NCBI RefSeq assembly: GCF_006345805.1
Contig: NC_042997.1
Location: 92,814,001-92,878,000 of the forward strand
DNA from: Octopus sinensis
Taxonomy: Eukaryota
Reading direction: 5' to 3'
Length of the DNA: 64,000 bases
Under the pieces are notes generated by a model. That model had not been told where the DNA came from. It saw only the letters and a list, made by a program, of their open reading frames with translations, and ran no database searches. Every line of letters begins with the position of its first letter. The stretch's first letter is position 1. Below, one piece after another: positions 1-11,800 of this stretch. The translations under genes and the position numbers were made by a program.

Positions 1-794
1 CCATAACTGCAATTCTGAAAGAGTTGTTTGAAGTAAAATAGCAGGAACTAAGCACACTTCGGTGCGATAAACAAAGTTTAACCTTATTTTAGAAAGAACT
101 TCCTATTAAAAGACGTTCTGTTTGTACCATATACATTTCTTCTTTTGCAGTTTATTGAGCGAATCTCTTAAGAATTTTTCTATTCTGGTTCTTGAATATC
201 ATGATGATTAATACTAAATCAGTGGATTAGAGTTCAATATTATATATTAATAATTAATTTATTACCATTATTAATGATGTAATTAGAAAGAAAAAAATGT
301 TGCATTGGGAGTAAATAATTAGTGATATTTCAGTGACATTTGTACACACCAACAATCAAAGTTATATCAGGATATATTGATTCTGAGCAAGAGTGAAGTG
401 GTCATATGATTACATGGATGTTTGCATTAGTGATATAGGCCCTATAAATGAACTTAGAAACAAAAGCCCATTGAGTAATTTTCTTCTATTTCTTCCAGGA
501 TGAGCAATGAGAGAAGCAATGCCACCTTCATTACCTTAATGCAAGAGATGAAGGCAGATATCAGAACATCTTTCTTGATGCTTCTAAGTTACAGAGACTG
601 CTGGAACACTCATTGAACTCTGAGACAAGAAATCGATGCCAAAGAATTCATATCCCTTAAATATATTTCAAACTACCTTCATATAATCAAAGAGCTATGT
701 TCAATCTACCTGGGCAAATGAAAGTGATATAAAAGTTGTCAACAAGTAAATCCCATTTTCACACTGTACACCAATGGTAAATTCCATCCAAATT

Positions 795-1405
795 CATGTC
801 ATCATCCTCTTCATCATCATAGTTTTTGAATTTTTGCATTTACTTTTCTATTATTGCAAAGGTCAGATGGAATTCATTGAGGAAGATTTTCTGTAGCTGC
901 ATGCCCATACTTGTTTCTAAACAAGGTAATATTTTCCCATGGCCAGACATGTCTATACAGAAGATTGGAAATGAAGGACACTACTTGCACGACGATGAGT
1001 TACAGATATTGCATCCAACAGTAGAAACCATGGCAAAACAGACAGTGGAACCTGGTGCAGCCCCAGCCTTCCCAGCTCCTGTCAAGCCATCCAACCCATG
1101 CCAGCATAGAAAATGGACATATGACGATGATGATATGTATGTGTACAATAGGCTCTGTGAGTGTGTTACTGTCTCCTTGCTTTAATTTCACACGACAATT
1201 GTAAATGAATGTTACCACCATGCGCTTCATTACAAATTTTCTGTTAAAGCATGTCTGGTTATGGAGAAGTATTACATAACTTGGTAACAGGTGAAGGTTG
1301 GTGACAGGATGGGCACCAGCTATAAGAAATCTGCCTCAACAAATTCCACCCAACCCATGCAATCATGGGAAAGTAAGCATTAAATAATAATGATGATGAT
1401 GATGA
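795..1405. mobile_element. Cluster of three SINE/RTE-tail fragments (minus 795-1005, plus 1011-1135, plus 1140-1405)
   Basis: Shared aaacatgtctgg..atgg.gaa.tatt...gtgagggttgg.gacagga.ggg middle segment and gatgat tails, as at 29175 and 34800. Confidence 0.7.
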
Positions 1406-1821
1406 ATGAAATTAGGACAAATAAGGATCAGCCACATTACAAGTCTAAATACAGCAAAACATTAAAAGCAGCATAAAATAATGAGTTCAAATGTTCTATA
1501 GCTGGATTCTGAAGATAGCTTGAGGGTAAGAAAACTATTAAATACTCAGAAAAGTAAAGTAGAATAGTCACAAGGGAAATGTAGGTAAAATAAGCAAATG
1601 CAGATATGCTGCTGTTGAAGCTGACTGTGTCAAGGTTAAACATGAAAGAAAAGATTTAAGTTCTAGAGTACAGTCAGAGTAGCAAGATAAAAGTGTTTAT
1701 AGTAGTTATGAGATAATGGTTGCTGGCACCAATTCTATTTAGAGAGAATACAAGATTTAAAATACCAGGATGAAAGGAAATATCAACACAAAAAGAAACA
1801 GATACAAAAAGTGAAAAATAT

Positions 1822-1874
<53 letters not shown>

Positions 1875-2987
1875 ACACAAGATGTAAATTAACAAGCAGA
1901 CATTCATTGAGAAGATCTGTGAAAAATGTCTAAAATTTGACACACACACGCACACACACACATCTACAAATAGGTATCTGGGTAAGCATGCAATCATGTT
2001 GCAGGTAGCATTTAGCAGCTTAAAGGAAAGAAGAGCAACAGCTTATACCAACAAATATGGACATGTGAGCTTCAACTGCTAAACTGAAACAGTACACAAC
2101 ACACATATATAAAGATAGGAGGGAAAAAGGCACATTTTTCTAAGGTCATCACCTTCATCGTGTACAATTAGATATTATGATTTCTTTGGCCCATCTACAA
2201 GATTTTTTGCGTAGTTTATCAACGCCACTGTCTAACTGGTACATATTTCATTAAAAGCAAAAGCAATATGCTGCTGGAATACAGTGAATAGAAAGCTATT
2301 GAAGTCATTGTGATGAATAAGGTTAAAGTTCTTGTTCCAGTTTATTTTTCTTAAATTTAGCAATTTCTGTTTTGCTATACAATATGAATGTTATTCAGTT
2401 ATATTTACAATAACAAAAGAACCTTATAAGATCTAGATATATTCTCAATTCTTATACATATACTATTATAAATATGGTCTTAGCAAATACCTTTTCCTCA
2501 CTATTATCATTATTCAACTATTGAAATACAAACAGTACATGGTTTAGTAGGAAACAATAACTACAACTGTCTAATGTAGCACATTTGCTCAAGGTACACA
2601 GCAACCACATGATTGCAAATCAAAGCTCTTAATAGCCATATGTACTCTGAGTTGAAATCCTGGTGAGAGGTGAACCTTGCCTTTCATCCCTTCAGGGTTA
2701 ATTGGGGTCAATTGTTCTCTCACTCTTTATCATTCTATCTCTCTCTCTCTCTCTTGTCACAACCATATGGCCTGAAAATTACCTTAAAGAGTGTACAAGT
2801 CTGTGGAATATTTCAGCTGTTTATACATTAATTTCATGAGTAGGAATTCAGTTAATCAAATAAATGCAGGTTTATCACTAAAACCAATGGAGAATTCACT
2901 AGCACATATAAGTTTCCAGTACTGGGTTTAAAATCTTTCCATAGGTTACTAATAATAATGAGAAAACAGACATCACCAGTGGAATTA

Positions 2988-3130
2988 TTACTCTGTCAAA
3001 TGTAATGCTTATATTATTCATGTTGTTTTGAATTTATCATGCATTATCTAGTAGAGTTTCATTTTTCTTTAGAATGACATTGTGGGGTAGGTGTGAGAGG
3101 CTAGATCTTGCCAGTTTAAATGGTAAAGGG
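2988..3130 (+). mobile_element. piggyBac-type MITE family A, partial
   Basis: Internal homology and right end ...ggtaaaggg|TTAA. Confidence 0.7.
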
Positions 3131-4732
3131 TTAAGCTTGACACATCTACAGTCACTCTGTGGGACAAATCTTCCATTCCACAAGTACAACAAAACTTCAC
3201 AAAAAGTAATTCAGTAATTATTCTTAATTAGTATAAATGGTGTAAATGGTCTAATATTCTCAACTTATTTGACTCTCCCACACAGCATCAACCCTGAAGT
3301 ATGTTAATATGTAAATGTATAATGTATCTGAAAGAACAGTACCCTCTCTAATTAGTTCAATAACAGATCAATAGAGCAATCGTTGGTAATCATGGGAAGA
3401 CTGATATAAGCAAAGTTATTGCTCTAAACAACAGCAAAATATTCTCTAAAGTCTGGCATAAAAAATCTCGAAATAATTAGCAACAACATCTAAACTCAAG
3501 GGCCAACCAGAGATCCTCCATACCAGGGGTTCTGAACCAGGGTCCATATAAGATTTTCTTGTTAAAATTTATCAGCAATAGATTGGTTATACTTCTACAA
3601 TACACAAAATATTAAAATTTTTTAATACAATTCCTAATAATATTTGATTCTAAAAATACAGTGGGATGTTTTTTAGGAACATTGAATGGTTATGGAGGTC
3701 CAGTAGAGTAAAATAGGAACCAAATCACTGCAAATTGGACTTAAAACAGGAGCTAGATTAACCAAAAGACTACTACCCCAGTGTGATTCTGTTGGATGTT
3801 GTAGCTGAGAAGTATTGACCTAAGCAGATGTAGTTGTCAATCTTGATGTAGTTGGATGATCATGTACTCAAACTTGTTCTCCATTTCCTTATTGAGTGTT
3901 TTTTGCTACACCTGGTTTAGCTACATTACTTAACAAAGTCCTAGGCACAATGTGCCAGAATGAAAGCTTGGATGGTCATGATTAGAACGCTTTTTCTATC
4001 ACAGATCTGCTAAGTGAGAGCTGAGCTTGGTTTAAATGACTTCCAAACTCTTCTAAAAGTGAAGAGGAGAAAAAAGACCATTTACTGCACATAAATGCTG
4101 TCTCAAAATTACCACCTCTGGAGCTCATTCTCAAAATAGCAAACACAATTGAAAGCATAAGCTTCCTGCTTTAAATTTTGAGTAATTAATGATCTATGGT
4201 CAAGTTATTAAAAAAATAGCTTGTACATGGTTGCAGTTCCTGATGAAGCAGTTAAAAATCAGGTTATTTTACACGTAATAAATATCATAAAAACAGTTAT
4301 ATGATGAATGTGTAAGCTAGGAAAATTACTATAAAAATATTTTTTAAAAAATTGCTATTATGGGTAGAAACAGAAATCTAATTAATAGAAAAAAAATTAA
4401 TTTACATTTAACCCTAATTGCATTTGGCAGACAGACAACTGGTGAGAAGGGATGATTTTTCTATACATTCAACCACACATGGACTTTAAACTATAGACCA
4501 AAATATGCCTAGAACAGCATATCTGTAAGTTAATACTAGTTAGAGTGTCAGGACTGTAGTATCATGTTCTTATTGGAGTAGCTGGTGTTAATTAATATTG
4601 ACATGTCATACTGCTATCACTTATCAAGTTAATGATACCAATTTCTGGTTTCAAATTTACAATACAGTTTTAGCTCAATCAGCTTTAAAATGTTTTAAGA
4701 TTTTCTTTTTACAATGTTTGATAATTTTCTGC

Positions 4733-4796
4733 TCACAATATAGCAAATATTCCACAAGTGTTTTCCTTGTTTTTTTTATTATCATTAATTTTATCT
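4733..4796 (-). CDS. Candidate terminal exon of NHE-like gene (GDKINDNKKNKENTCGIFAIL*)
   Basis: Good acceptor tacctttgtcattcctttatcag, phase fits the preceding GG. DKINDNKK resembles NHE1 DKLNRFNKK. Short and AT-rich, so it could be chance. Confidence 0.35.
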
Positions 4797-5453
4797 CTGA
4801 TAAAGGAATGACAAAGGTAATTCATCTACTGTAATAAAATTAATGCATCATTGTAGGGAGTCAACAACCTCTTTAATTTGACAGCATGATAAAATACACA
4901 TGGCTCATTCTGTTACATATGTTGGTGCCATGAAGGGCATCTAACTGTAAAAAGAAAAAAGCTTTGCCAAAGATGATAGAGATGATGGTGATAATGATGA
5001 TAAAATGACGAGGACATTGACATCATTGTGACAAGGATAACAGTAATGGTAGAGATAATGATGAAAGTGGATCTGTCATTGAATAGCCTCAAGCAGATCT
5101 ACTGCAGCATAGTGGTGATGACCAACCTAACATTTAAGAATGGCCTATCATTGCAGATAAAATAATGCATCAGTTAGATTGCATAATTTTTTTAACCTAT
5201 GGAGATTCTACAGATATTCTGACATATCTGAACAGTTTAAACTTTCTAAACGTTCTCTCACCAACCCATCTGCAAATCTAGAAAACGTAAATGTTATTTT
5301 ACAGATGATTGCTGTAATGAACTGAAATCCATCAATCAAGACAAAATCTTCAATGATGCCTGAATGGCATATAAGTTATGCAATTTATTATTTTATCTCA
5401 TGAAAGATGTCAAAAAGAAGCAGAATTTACTACACAGTACAGAAATCCATTAA

Positions 5454-5674
5454 CCCTTTAGTATTCACATTATTCCGTCAAAAGTAATGCTTATTTATTC
5501 ACACCGTTTTGAATTATTCATGCTTAATTTTGTAGCTTTGAGATTATGATGAGGTAACTGTTAATTTTTAGAATGATATTGAAGAGTTGGTGTAAGAGGC
5601 CAGATCTGGTCAGTTTCAACATAAAACAAGGTAGAATATTTTGGCTGGATATGGCCTGTTTAAATGCTAAAGGG
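5454..5674 (+). mobile_element. piggyBac-type MITE family A (about 220 bp)
   Basis: TTAA|ccctttagtatt ... aatgctaaaggg|CTAA. Homologous copies elsewhere in the window. Confidence 0.8.
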
Positions 5675-5756
5675 CTAATAGATGAAACTCAGAAGAATTA
5701 CTCCTTGCTTAGTGACGGTATTTTGGCAAACAATAACAACAAAAAATTGTACTTAC

Positions 5757-5827
5757 CCTTCCCTGAGAACATGGTATTCAAAATATTCAACAGCTGCCTT
5801 AATACCAATAAATATGTGTTTCATCAG
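5757..5827 (-). CDS. NHE-like exon (LMKHIFIGIKAAVEYFEYHVLRE), juxtamembrane CHP-binding-like helix
   Basis: Long T-rich acceptor (ttttgctgtattttattag), gtaagt donor, 71 nt. Matches NHE1 [23 protein letters not shown]. Confidence 0.82.
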
Positions 5828-8800
5828 CTAATAAAATACAGCAAAAAAAAAAATGCTCACTTTAGAAAAGGATTAGCAAGACTGGGAATAAAACTTCCCT
5901 ACCAATCTCAATCTGTAATTGTCTCTAGTTCCATAACAGTTGAATGTGAAACTTCTATCAAAACATTTTATGTAAAAGAAATAAATTGCATTTCAAACAG
6001 TAGATTTATGTAATGACTTAGAAGTAGAAAACAAGCATCCATTATTTTTAGGAAGAGCCACTGTAACTGAAGGGAGGGAGGGGAGAGAGAGAAATGGAGG
6101 AAAAGATTTGTGGGTTGTTTGGTTAATATCAGCACTTAACGATTTTTATCCCCCAGACATAAAGTATCCTGATAACATTGTCCTTATTTTAAAGATGATA
6201 TAGTGTAATTCGGGGCAGATAAGGGAGCTACTTCTAGCAGGTTGAGCGACCACAATAAAAAAGGAACACATAAGGAGTTATCTTCAGACAGGAATCCTGG
6301 TCCGAAAGGTGGTGTTGTTAAACTGGGTGACATATTAAATGTAATGATCAATAAGAGTGGGCCATCTGCTGAGTTTTATGCTTAGTTTTTGTTTATTCAG
6401 TTTTACTCAAAAGGATATAGTAGAGGACACTTGCCCAGAATTGTGTGATTGCAAAACCAACTTCTTAATAACATAGCTATGCCTGCCAAAAAAACTTTTC
6501 ATATTTGATCCTCCTATCTATCACATTTCAGGTGACTATTATACTAATTATACAATACAGAACTTGATTATTTTGAAAATTCATCTAAATATATGAGTAG
6601 GAAATAAATAAATGATTAGGAAAAGTGATATAAGAATTATATTAAATGGAGATGTTTGTAGCAGCAATATTTGGCAATTTCAAAACTTAGAAATTGAACC
6701 TGGATCACTATATCTGACATAAAAAAGGAACTAAAGAACAAGATTGCGATTAACTAAAATGCTTCCAATGTCATCAGACCATTTGAGACTTCTTGTGGAA
6801 CCGGATATAATAGCAATTTCATCTTTGGTGCCGTCTCTGACCAAGGGCATCACTATGTATTCAGTATATCTTTAGCCATTACAGAGTGGAGAGCAGTTAG
6901 CAAACAGTAGCAGTGAACCAGCAGCAGACCAAAGCGGTATCACAATATAAAAGCAATGGACTGCGGCAGCTGTAACACACCGTAACCAACTAACTTCAAA
7001 AAACTCTCAATGGTGACTAATACCATACCCAACAACATCTCATATAAACATCATTTCTGTGTCATGCATAGTAACAAAAACACTTTTGCTCACAATAAAA
7101 ATATTTTCACATTTAAAATCACAACTAGATTTTTGTGTTCTCTATACTAACATGTTATTTGTTTTCCAGCAGCTTTTTAGGTCAATTTCTGAGCTTTATT
7201 TACTCCATCTTTATGCAGTACTCTACTGCAGAACAGAAACTCAAGCTCAGTTTCAGTTACCAGTTTTAACCCGTGCACATAATTAATTCTATAACTCCAG
7301 TTATATGGCAGCAACAAGTTTTGGTTTACTTAATTTAATACATTCTTCTTTCTACAAAATAATGATAACTAATCTGAGATAAATCTTATAATTAATTCAA
7401 TGTATGTGTGTGCATGTATGTATGTATCAGGAATGTAATATGAACTTTGCATTGTTAATTTGTTTTTATTATTTTTCCACCTGCATGCCTAATTAAATAT
7501 GCTTTTATTAAAGATGCAAGATTTTCAGCTTCAATAAAGGTGTGTATATATATCATCGTCATCGTCTGCTTTCCATGCTGGCATGGGTTGGACAGTTTGA
7601 CTGAGGGCTGGCAAGCCAGAAGGCTGTACCAGATTTCAATCTGTCTTGTTTCTACAGCTGCATGCTCTCCCTAATGCCAACCACTCCGAGAGTGTAGTGG
7701 GTACTTTTGATGTGCTACCGGCACGAGGGCCAGTCAGCTGGCACTGGCATCGACCATGCTCGAATGGTGCTTTCTGTGCCACCAGTACGGGTGCCAATTA
7801 GGCAGTACTGTCATTGGCCACAATTATGACATCACTTGCCTCAACATGTCTTTGCAAGCGCAGTTTATTGCCCAATGATTGAAAGGTACTCTTAAATGGG
7901 ATGGATATTCTGCACTGGCATAGGCCATGGTTACGGTCTCACTTGGCTTGCTGGATTTTCTCAAGCACAGCATATCTCCAAAGGTCTCGGTCACTTGTCA
8001 TTGCCTTGGTGAGGCCCAATGTTTAAAGGTCATGCTTAACCACCTTATCGCAGGTCTTCCTGGGTTTACCTCTTCCACACACTGTCTTGCAAAATGAAAC
8101 ACTTCAAGTCTTTGGTCCTCATGATGCAGAACATTGGCAAATTTTTTCTTATCTGCTTCCCCTCTAGCTATGTAAATGTGAGAAGGAGAATTATTCATAG
8201 GTATTATAGCCCCAGTCAGCTTGGCTGAAATACATAGCACAGACATAACCAACTGACTAAGAGCAAGTTATTAAAATATTTGCATTTTGAAATATTATTA
8301 CACTTTTTTCTTCTATTATTTCTTTTAGCACGAACAATTAGTGATTTTTTAGTAAATCTTAATGTTTTCTACTGTTTACCTCATTCTAGCTGTCATAGTA
8401 TCTAAGCTTATCAAAATAGAAGCTTGAAATAATATTTATAAAGCAACATTTGATTACAGAGTGAGAGAGATACATACATACACAGACATAATCTATATAT
8501 CAAACAGAGCATGGACAATTTTTGTGTCTTTCATGAAATATTATAGTTGCTTTTCCCCAGACACATAAAGACAAACAAAAAATATCAGTAGTTTTTTTCA
8601 GAAATATGCCCACTGACAAAATTATACAATGACTTGCTACATTTCTATTGTTTTACTTTTTATTTTGGTATAAACAGATAGATTTTATATTCGTGTTGCA
8701 TTTTTCTAAGTATTTAACTGAAACAAATTAATTTTTGTAATTCTCTAGGGAAAATGATGCTGACCATATAAACTTTTGTAGGCAGTGATAAAAAAAATAT

Positions 8801-11800
8801 CATTAAAAGGCAAACAAAAGAAACAAAGAGCAGTTTAATAATTTTGAATATTCATTTAATAAAACAAAATAGACATTGGCCACTCAGCTCACTTGTTATA
8901 TTTTGGAAACAACTAATATTTTATGCCAGCAACTCTCAGCAATACTTTGTACTGAATGGCATTTTACAAGTGCCCACTCCTTATCTCCATAGGTTTTGAA
9001 AGGAAAAAAAAATAATCCAGCAGATTATTTTAACTGAGTGGATATTGTTGATGGAAACTGAAAGAATCTCCTTGTATATACGACACGTTAAAAGCACCAT
9101 CCGAACGTGGTAGATGCCAGCGCCGCCTGACTGGCGTCCGTATCAGTGACACGTAAAAGCACCAACCGATCATGGCAGATGCCAGCGCCGCCTGACTGGC
9201 ATCCGTGTCAGTGACACGTAAAAGCACCAACCGATCGTGGCCGTTTGCCAGCCTCCTCTGGGCCCTGTGCTGGTGGCACGTAAAAGGCACCCACTACACT
9301 CACGGAGTGGTTGGCGTTAGGAAGGGCATCCAGCTGTAGAAACACTGCCAGATCAGACTAGAGCCTGGTGCAACCTCCTGGCTTCCCAGACCCCAGTCAA
9401 ACCGTCAAACCCATGCTGGCATGGAAAACGGATGTTAAACGATGATGATGATGTATGTGTGTGTGTGGTGCCTACTGGCAGGTTTGTTCAAACTTTTAGA
9501 AAAATCAGTCAACTAAATGTAGAGATATTGCTGTCAACAGGTAACAGACTGGTTTGCACCTCTGAGGACATGTGAAATAAGCCATCTTATTACTTGATAA
9601 ACAGGCATGGGTTAGCAACAGGAAGGGCAGCCAGCAGTAAAATAATCCCTGAACAATATATCTGTGTCGGTGGCACATAAAATCACCTACTACACTCTCG
9701 GAGTGGTTGGCGTTAGGAAGGGCATCCAGCTGTAGAAACACTGCCAGATCTGACTGGCCTGGTGCAGCCTTTGGGCTTGTCAGACCCCAGTTGAACCGTC
9801 CAACCCATGCTAGCATGGAAAGCGGACGTTAAACGATGATGATATCTAATCCATGTTAGCATGCAAAAATAGATGTAAAATCAAATGGAGAAGGTAATTT
9901 TGTGCAAAGGGTCATTATCCATATTTTCTTCTACTTTCTCATCCAGTGTGTGGCACTTTTTATATATGCCAATATCTAAAACTACACAGGATAGTATATG
10001 AGTATACTAGTGCCACCTATGTTAAATTTTTATGGAAATTACCAAAGAACGTGAAGAGTTATATACAGTACCTTGTCACATTAGCAGTCATGTTCCGTTT
10101 AATGATAACGTAGTATCTTATTTAGATTCTAATACCAACAAAAACATTTTTGAACATATCATACCTAGTTTAAATATTTCTGAGAAAAACCCTAACCCTT
10201 CTAAACACTTAGTGTCCTTTGTGAGCTCACAATTCCCTTCAAGAGACACCTAAGTTATGAACCACTGGTTTACACTAATTAATAATATTGGTTTATTTTG
10301 GCACAAGGCCAGCAAATTTAGGTAAAGGAATAAGTCAAGTAAATTAACCCCAGTATTCAACTGGTACTTATTTTATCAACCCTGAAAAGATGAAAGGCAA
10401 AGTCGACCACAGTGGAATTTGAACTCAGAACATAAAGACAAACAAAATGTTGCAAAGCATTTTGCCCAGCATGCTAACAATTCTGCCAGCTTGCCATTTT
10501 ACCACTAAGTAATATTAGTTTCAAATTTTGATACAAGGCCAGAAGTTTTGCAGGAGGGGCTAAGTCAATTAAAATGACCCCAGCACTCAACTAGTACTTA
10601 TTTTACTGATCCAAAAAGGATAAAACACAAAATCGACCTTGGTGGTTTTTGAACACAGTATGGAAAGATGGATGAAATGTTGCTAAGCATTTCATCTGGG
10701 ATGCTAATGATTCTACCAGCTCACCTTCTTAACATTGAATAATAATATTGATGCCACTTTGAAAATCTTGTAGTTTTTTCTTTGTTGCAAGTCAGTTAAT
10801 TCATCAAGTATGATGAGCAGTAAATAAGAGATTCATTAACAAAAAATTAAATAGTATAATTAAAAATATAAATAAAAATACTATGTACAGTTTCTTCCAC
10901 GGTAGCACCAAATTATTTACAATAAGAGGAGAAATTTTATACAATGCCAACCATACCCCGTCCTGACTGGCTCCTGTGCTGGTAGTACGTGAAAAACACC
11001 ATCTGAACATGGCTGATGCCAGTGCTGCCCGACTGGCTCTCACGTTACTGGCATGTAAAAACACCCTTATGCTCTTGGAGTGGTTGGTGTTAGGAAGGGC
11101 ATCCAGCTGTAGAAACACTGCCAGATCAAATTGGAGCCTGGTGCAGCCTCCTGGCTTGCCTCCCCAGTCAAACCGTCCAGCTCATGCCAGCATGGGAAAC
11201 AGACGTATGATAATGATGCTCCAGCATGTAAAATTTAGATGTTACATGTTCTAGAACAGTATTACACAAGGTGGACCGAGACAATATTTTGGTGAGGCAT
11301 GAGTTACTTCAGAATGATGAATAAGCAAAAAGTGATTAAATCTTGCAGTAAAGTTTTAACTGAAGTTTCTTTGGTATATTTGCATTTGTTATATATACAA
11401 AATCTGTCCATTTATGGTGGGGCACGTTTTCTCTCTTTTTTGTGGGGGTGGGTGGGATAAATTGAAGTGGAGCTTGGGACAAAAGTGGTTGAGAAACTTT
11501 ACATACAGTCTGCTTGATTATTTGAATAGCAATCATAAGGTTGATTTGTGTAAATAGTGTAAATTAGTGTATCAATTTACACTATTACCAAAGTAATAAA
11601 GAATCAGGTTTAATGATAGCTAGAGAATGAGGTTGGCAGAAGAGCAAAGAGAGATGGACATGTTTAATTTCAACAAAAGATATGAATGATATCTGTGAAT
11701 CTGATGCTGTGTTCTGTTATCTGCTTGAAGACAACACGAAAAAATATCCCAAGAGTATGAAACCATGTGAAAAGTAATATTTAGATCTAGTTACTAGACA

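Noticed and set aside
500-745. Acceptor-like site followed by coding-looking sequence
   Set aside because: Stops in all frames, only a faint LINE RT resemblance.
3524-3729. CAGGGGTTCT Charlie-like MITE
   Set aside because: Right TIR is poor and there is no 8-bp TSD.
5208-5277. Alternative phase-compatible last exon (GFADGLVRERLESLNCSDMSEYL*)
   Set aside because: Weaker similarity to NHE than the 4796 candidate. Cannot be excluded without transcripts.
6730-7010. CpG-containing high-complexity patch with a faint BED-finger-like HWKHF
   Set aside because: Too short and disrupted to assign.
9081-9290. Regularly spaced repeats as a possible CRISPR array
   Set aside because: Whole units are repeated with no unique spacers, inside a eukaryotic retroelement, and no cas genes.
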